Below are positions 60,706-64,000 of a DNA stretch of 64,000 bases, one piece after another. The notes below the pieces were generated by a model. That model had not been told where the DNA came from and made no database searches. It worked only from the letters and a program-made list of their open reading frames with translations. Every line of letters starts with the position of its first letter. The stretch's first letter is position 1. The DNA comes from Octopus sinensis (Eukaryota), in assembly GCF_006345805.1 (NCBI RefSeq), contig NC_043000.1:138384001-138448000 (forward strand). Reading direction: 5' to 3'. The translations under genes and the position numbers were made by a program.

Positions 60706-61409
60706 ATAATTATATCCTACTATCCTTAAGAGAACTTTGATATCATTATAGATATATGGTATCTTTTGTTGTTGTTTAGCCCCAGGTCAGCATTTATTGA
60801 GCAGACTTATGATCAAATGTATTCTAGCTGTGACCATCCCGTCGTTTATATTGTCAAACATAGTGCATTTAGGACTACATTATCACATTATCCAAAGAAT
60901 ATAAACATCTGGCGCCACCATTGCTAAACATGTTTGTATTAAAATCTACATTATAAATATATATGTACAATAACTGCACATCCTCCCTGCACATATGCAC
61001 GCATTAATATTTATATCCTACTATCCTTACACACATTAATATTTTCAAGCATACTATCCTATACACACATATACAATGTGTGTATACTATCCTATACATA
61101 CATTAATATGTTTGAGCAGAACTGTTATAATTAAAGGCATTCCAACCAATAACTAGTCCATTTATTTCCTTTTTCCAGTTACATATCTCCCTTTTTCTAA
61201 GCTAGTAGGGCATAATTTGTATGAGATATGGCTGCTATTTCTGGTTGGTTAAGTGATGAAGCAGAGACATGCATTTTGGCTTGAAGCATTCTTAGTCTTG
61301 AAAAGGGAGAACAAATGGAATCAATTACCTTAATGTTACATGAAAAATATTCTGCTGGATATGAAATATTTATTCCATAGATATTTACATTTCTGCAACC
61401 TAGATAATA

Positions 61410-61421
61410 CTGTGTGCGTCT

Positions 61422-61471
<50 letters not shown>

Positions 61472-61495
61472 ATATATATATATATAATATATATT

Positions 61496-61540
<45 letters not shown>

Positions 61541-61650
61541 ATGTGTGTGTGTGTGTATTTATATATGTATGTATGTAATACACATTTTTATATAAATACA
61601 CACATGCACATTCATGCATGTACACACACATGTACACACGTACACACGTA
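61410..61650. repeat. (TA)/(TG)/(CA) microsatellite
   Basis: Directly visible. Confidence 0.93.
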
Positions 61651-61669
61651 CATGCACAAAGCCTCATAT

Positions 61670-61830
61670 AAAAGCATGGCTGTGTAGATAACAAGCTCCT
61701 ATCACAATCATGATTTAAGGTTCAGTCCTACTGTATGATTTGTGAAAAAGTGTTTTCTATTATAACTTCAGGCTGACCAAAGTCTTTTGAATGATAGAAA
61801 TTGTCAAAAGCCCATCATATGTTACCTGTA
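61670..61830 (+). mobile_element. Decayed family-A SINE head
   Basis: catggctgtgtagataac..ggttcagtccta. Confidence 0.55.
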
Positions 61831-61999
61831 CCTCTGTGTGTGTGTGTGTACATGTGTATATGTCTATAAATATATATGTCTGTGTATGTATGTTGTATGT
61901 ATGTATATGTGTACACATACATATATACATGCACACATACATATATATCAGTTGTGACACATCTGTTTACTCCTTTACTTCTGTGTGACTGAAACCTAT

Positions 62000-62115
62000 G
62001 CAATAACAAAATTCCTATATCAACCCAAAATAAATCTCTCTACCATAATTTTCAATTCCAATTCTAAAGGGTCGAAAAGAAAACAAATCCGAGCAACACC
62101 GGGCAATACTGCTAG
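62000..62115 (+). mobile_element. Helitron 3' end remnant
   Basis: ccgagcaacaccgggcaatactgCTAG|T nearly matches the 3' end of 54185-54550. Confidence 0.8.
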
Positions 62116-63799
62116 TATTAAATAAAGGAATGATAATATAATCATTACTACTGTGACAATTCCTATTAATTCTGCTAGAATCCTATTGTCATATTCTGGG
62201 ATGGTTTGTTAACATTCAACATTGTTGTTAAACTCACACAAGAACTATGCTCTGTCATGATTATATCAATATATATAATCATAAACTGTACTGTTTTTTT
62301 TTTCTTTGCTTCGTATTTTAATGATTTTCTTTTATTTCTTGAGATCACAATATTTAGATAATTCATCATTGTTATTGTGTTTTAAGTTTTCAAATATTTG
62401 TTTCCCTAAATTACATATTTCTGATATATTGATGTTTCTATTTTAGTAATGTAACAAGTCTTCTTTTTAAATATCACACCCTTCCATCTAGCCGCAACAT
62501 CAGCTTGCCTCGAAACGTTTATTGTTTGGCAGAGTAGCACATATGATTTCAGAGTAATTTAGAAATTAAACAGATGTCTTTTTAAATAGTTCAGCTATTA
62601 GAAACATGAGTGCTTGTTAACGTTTTAAAGAAATTTTATATAATCATCAGCTTATTGTATTTCTTGAATTATTGGCTGTCTTATCAGACTCTGTTTGAGA
62701 GAATATTTGGATGGTATCCAATTCTCAGGATCATTTAATATTATCAGGAATCAAATGTAGTTTGATCAGCAGAATAGATATATTTCTCTTGAAAAACAGA
62801 ATTTATTACTTTTGAAACCAGGATCAGTCCTGCTATTGACATATTGGTAAATTTATCTATGATATAATTCATATAATGTCTCTGATGATCATGCCACAAG
62901 TGGGTGATTTGTGGCTGTAATTTCTTTCGCTAAAACAAAAAGTGTATTTCATGACCTGAAAAACTTTATCTGTAAATGTGTTTTAATTGTTAAAAACAAA
63001 TACCCTCCTCATCATCATCATAATTACCCCATCTTCCACTTCCTCTACCTCCTTCTCCATATCATTGTTGATGTCACCACCACCGCCATCACCACCACCA
63101 CTACCATATAATGCAACAGGAGTATCAGTAGCATCAGTAATGGCATTCTTATTTTAGCATTGAATTTCTGTGTTGAAAATCTAATATAATATGCCACCAG
63201 CCAGCCAGCCAGCCAACCAGCCTAAATTTCTCTTCATTTATCACTAAGTCATAATATCATTATATCTAACTTCACTATTTCTTTCCTCAATCGTTTGACT
63301 ATCATTTATTTTAAGTATGATTTCCCTCTACCGTCCTTTTGTATATCACTTATTCATACCATATACCATTGAATTTGTCTCTCTTGCACATGTCAGCTGA
63401 AAGCGTTAATGCCCAAACATTCACTCAACTCACATGTGCCTCTCTCTCTTCATACAAATTAGCATAATACACCCAACAGATAATTTATTTCTAACACTAC
63501 ATTTATTTTAAATTCGATGTTCGTAAAATAGATGATGGACTATTCAATCGAACAGATAACACAAATATACTCTTTCCAACAAGCTTCTCAATTTCATTTG
63601 CATAACACCGATCAACCCAAGTATATGAATGAAAGCAATTGTCTGAGATACTGTCTAGTGGGAACAATACCTAAACCATGTCTTGTGTCATACAATTTGT
63701 AAGTTTGAAATCTCTACAGTAAAACTCGATAAAGTGAATTCAGCTTAGCTCTGCATTTATTTTGTATTTCCACATAATGTAGTCCAGTCTGCAGCAACA

Positions 63800-63875
63800 A
63801 AAATTACAGCGGTGGTGCCCCAGCATGACCGCGGCCTTCGGGCTAAAACATTTTTAAGGATTTAAGGATTTAATA
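63800..63875 (+). mobile_element. SINE tail fragment related to family A, with (gatttaag)n tail
   Basis: gcggtggtgccccagcatgaccgcggcc resembles family-A ggcggtgctccagcatggccgc. Confidence 0.55.
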
Positions 63876-64000
63876 TAAACACATTATATGAGATGCTTAT
63901 GAATCAAAATATCAAAACAATTAAAAGAAGTTTAGTAGAAATTCCTAATATAGTCATTCCTTTTATATTTTCCTGTCTTTGTTTATATATATATATATAT

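Noticed and set aside
63000-63130. Pro-rich or Gly/Asp-rich ORF
   Set aside because: Decayed (CAC/CAT)n simple repeat without splice support.

Overview
AT-rich, microsatellite-dense animal DNA. The SINE repertoire points to a coleoid cephalopod, most likely Octopus (my recognition; no database search was run). There is no long intact gene, and most ORF-track entries are artefacts of (TA)n/(CA)n/(GAT)n tracts or SINEs. The window is dominated by about 50 SINE copies in six families (my labels A-F). It also holds decayed RTE-clade and REL-endonuclease (R4/Dong/NeSL-like) LINE 3' ends, Tc1/mariner and Chapaev3-like transposase remnants, three non-autonomous Helitron pieces, a long-TIR MITE and Penelope-type terminal repeats. 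The best host-gene evidence is a His/Gln-rich putative terminal coding exon at 5883-6031 (+); other short exon candidates are weak. Highlights: (1) minimal type I hammerhead ribozyme motifs on the minus strand at 40798, 41051 and 47271, two sharing a non-canonical CUGUNGA core; (2) an RTE LINE tail encoding three C2H2 fingers, plus a structured non-autonomous element sharing its 45-nt 3' end; (3) a near-perfect 122-nt hairpin at 31581; (4) a complex inverted/direct SINE rearrangement at 12.3-13.6 kb; (5) same-strand chains of REL-LINE tails in microsatellites. Repeat boundaries are approximate (about +/-10-20 nt) unless a TSD or terminal motif is quoted.
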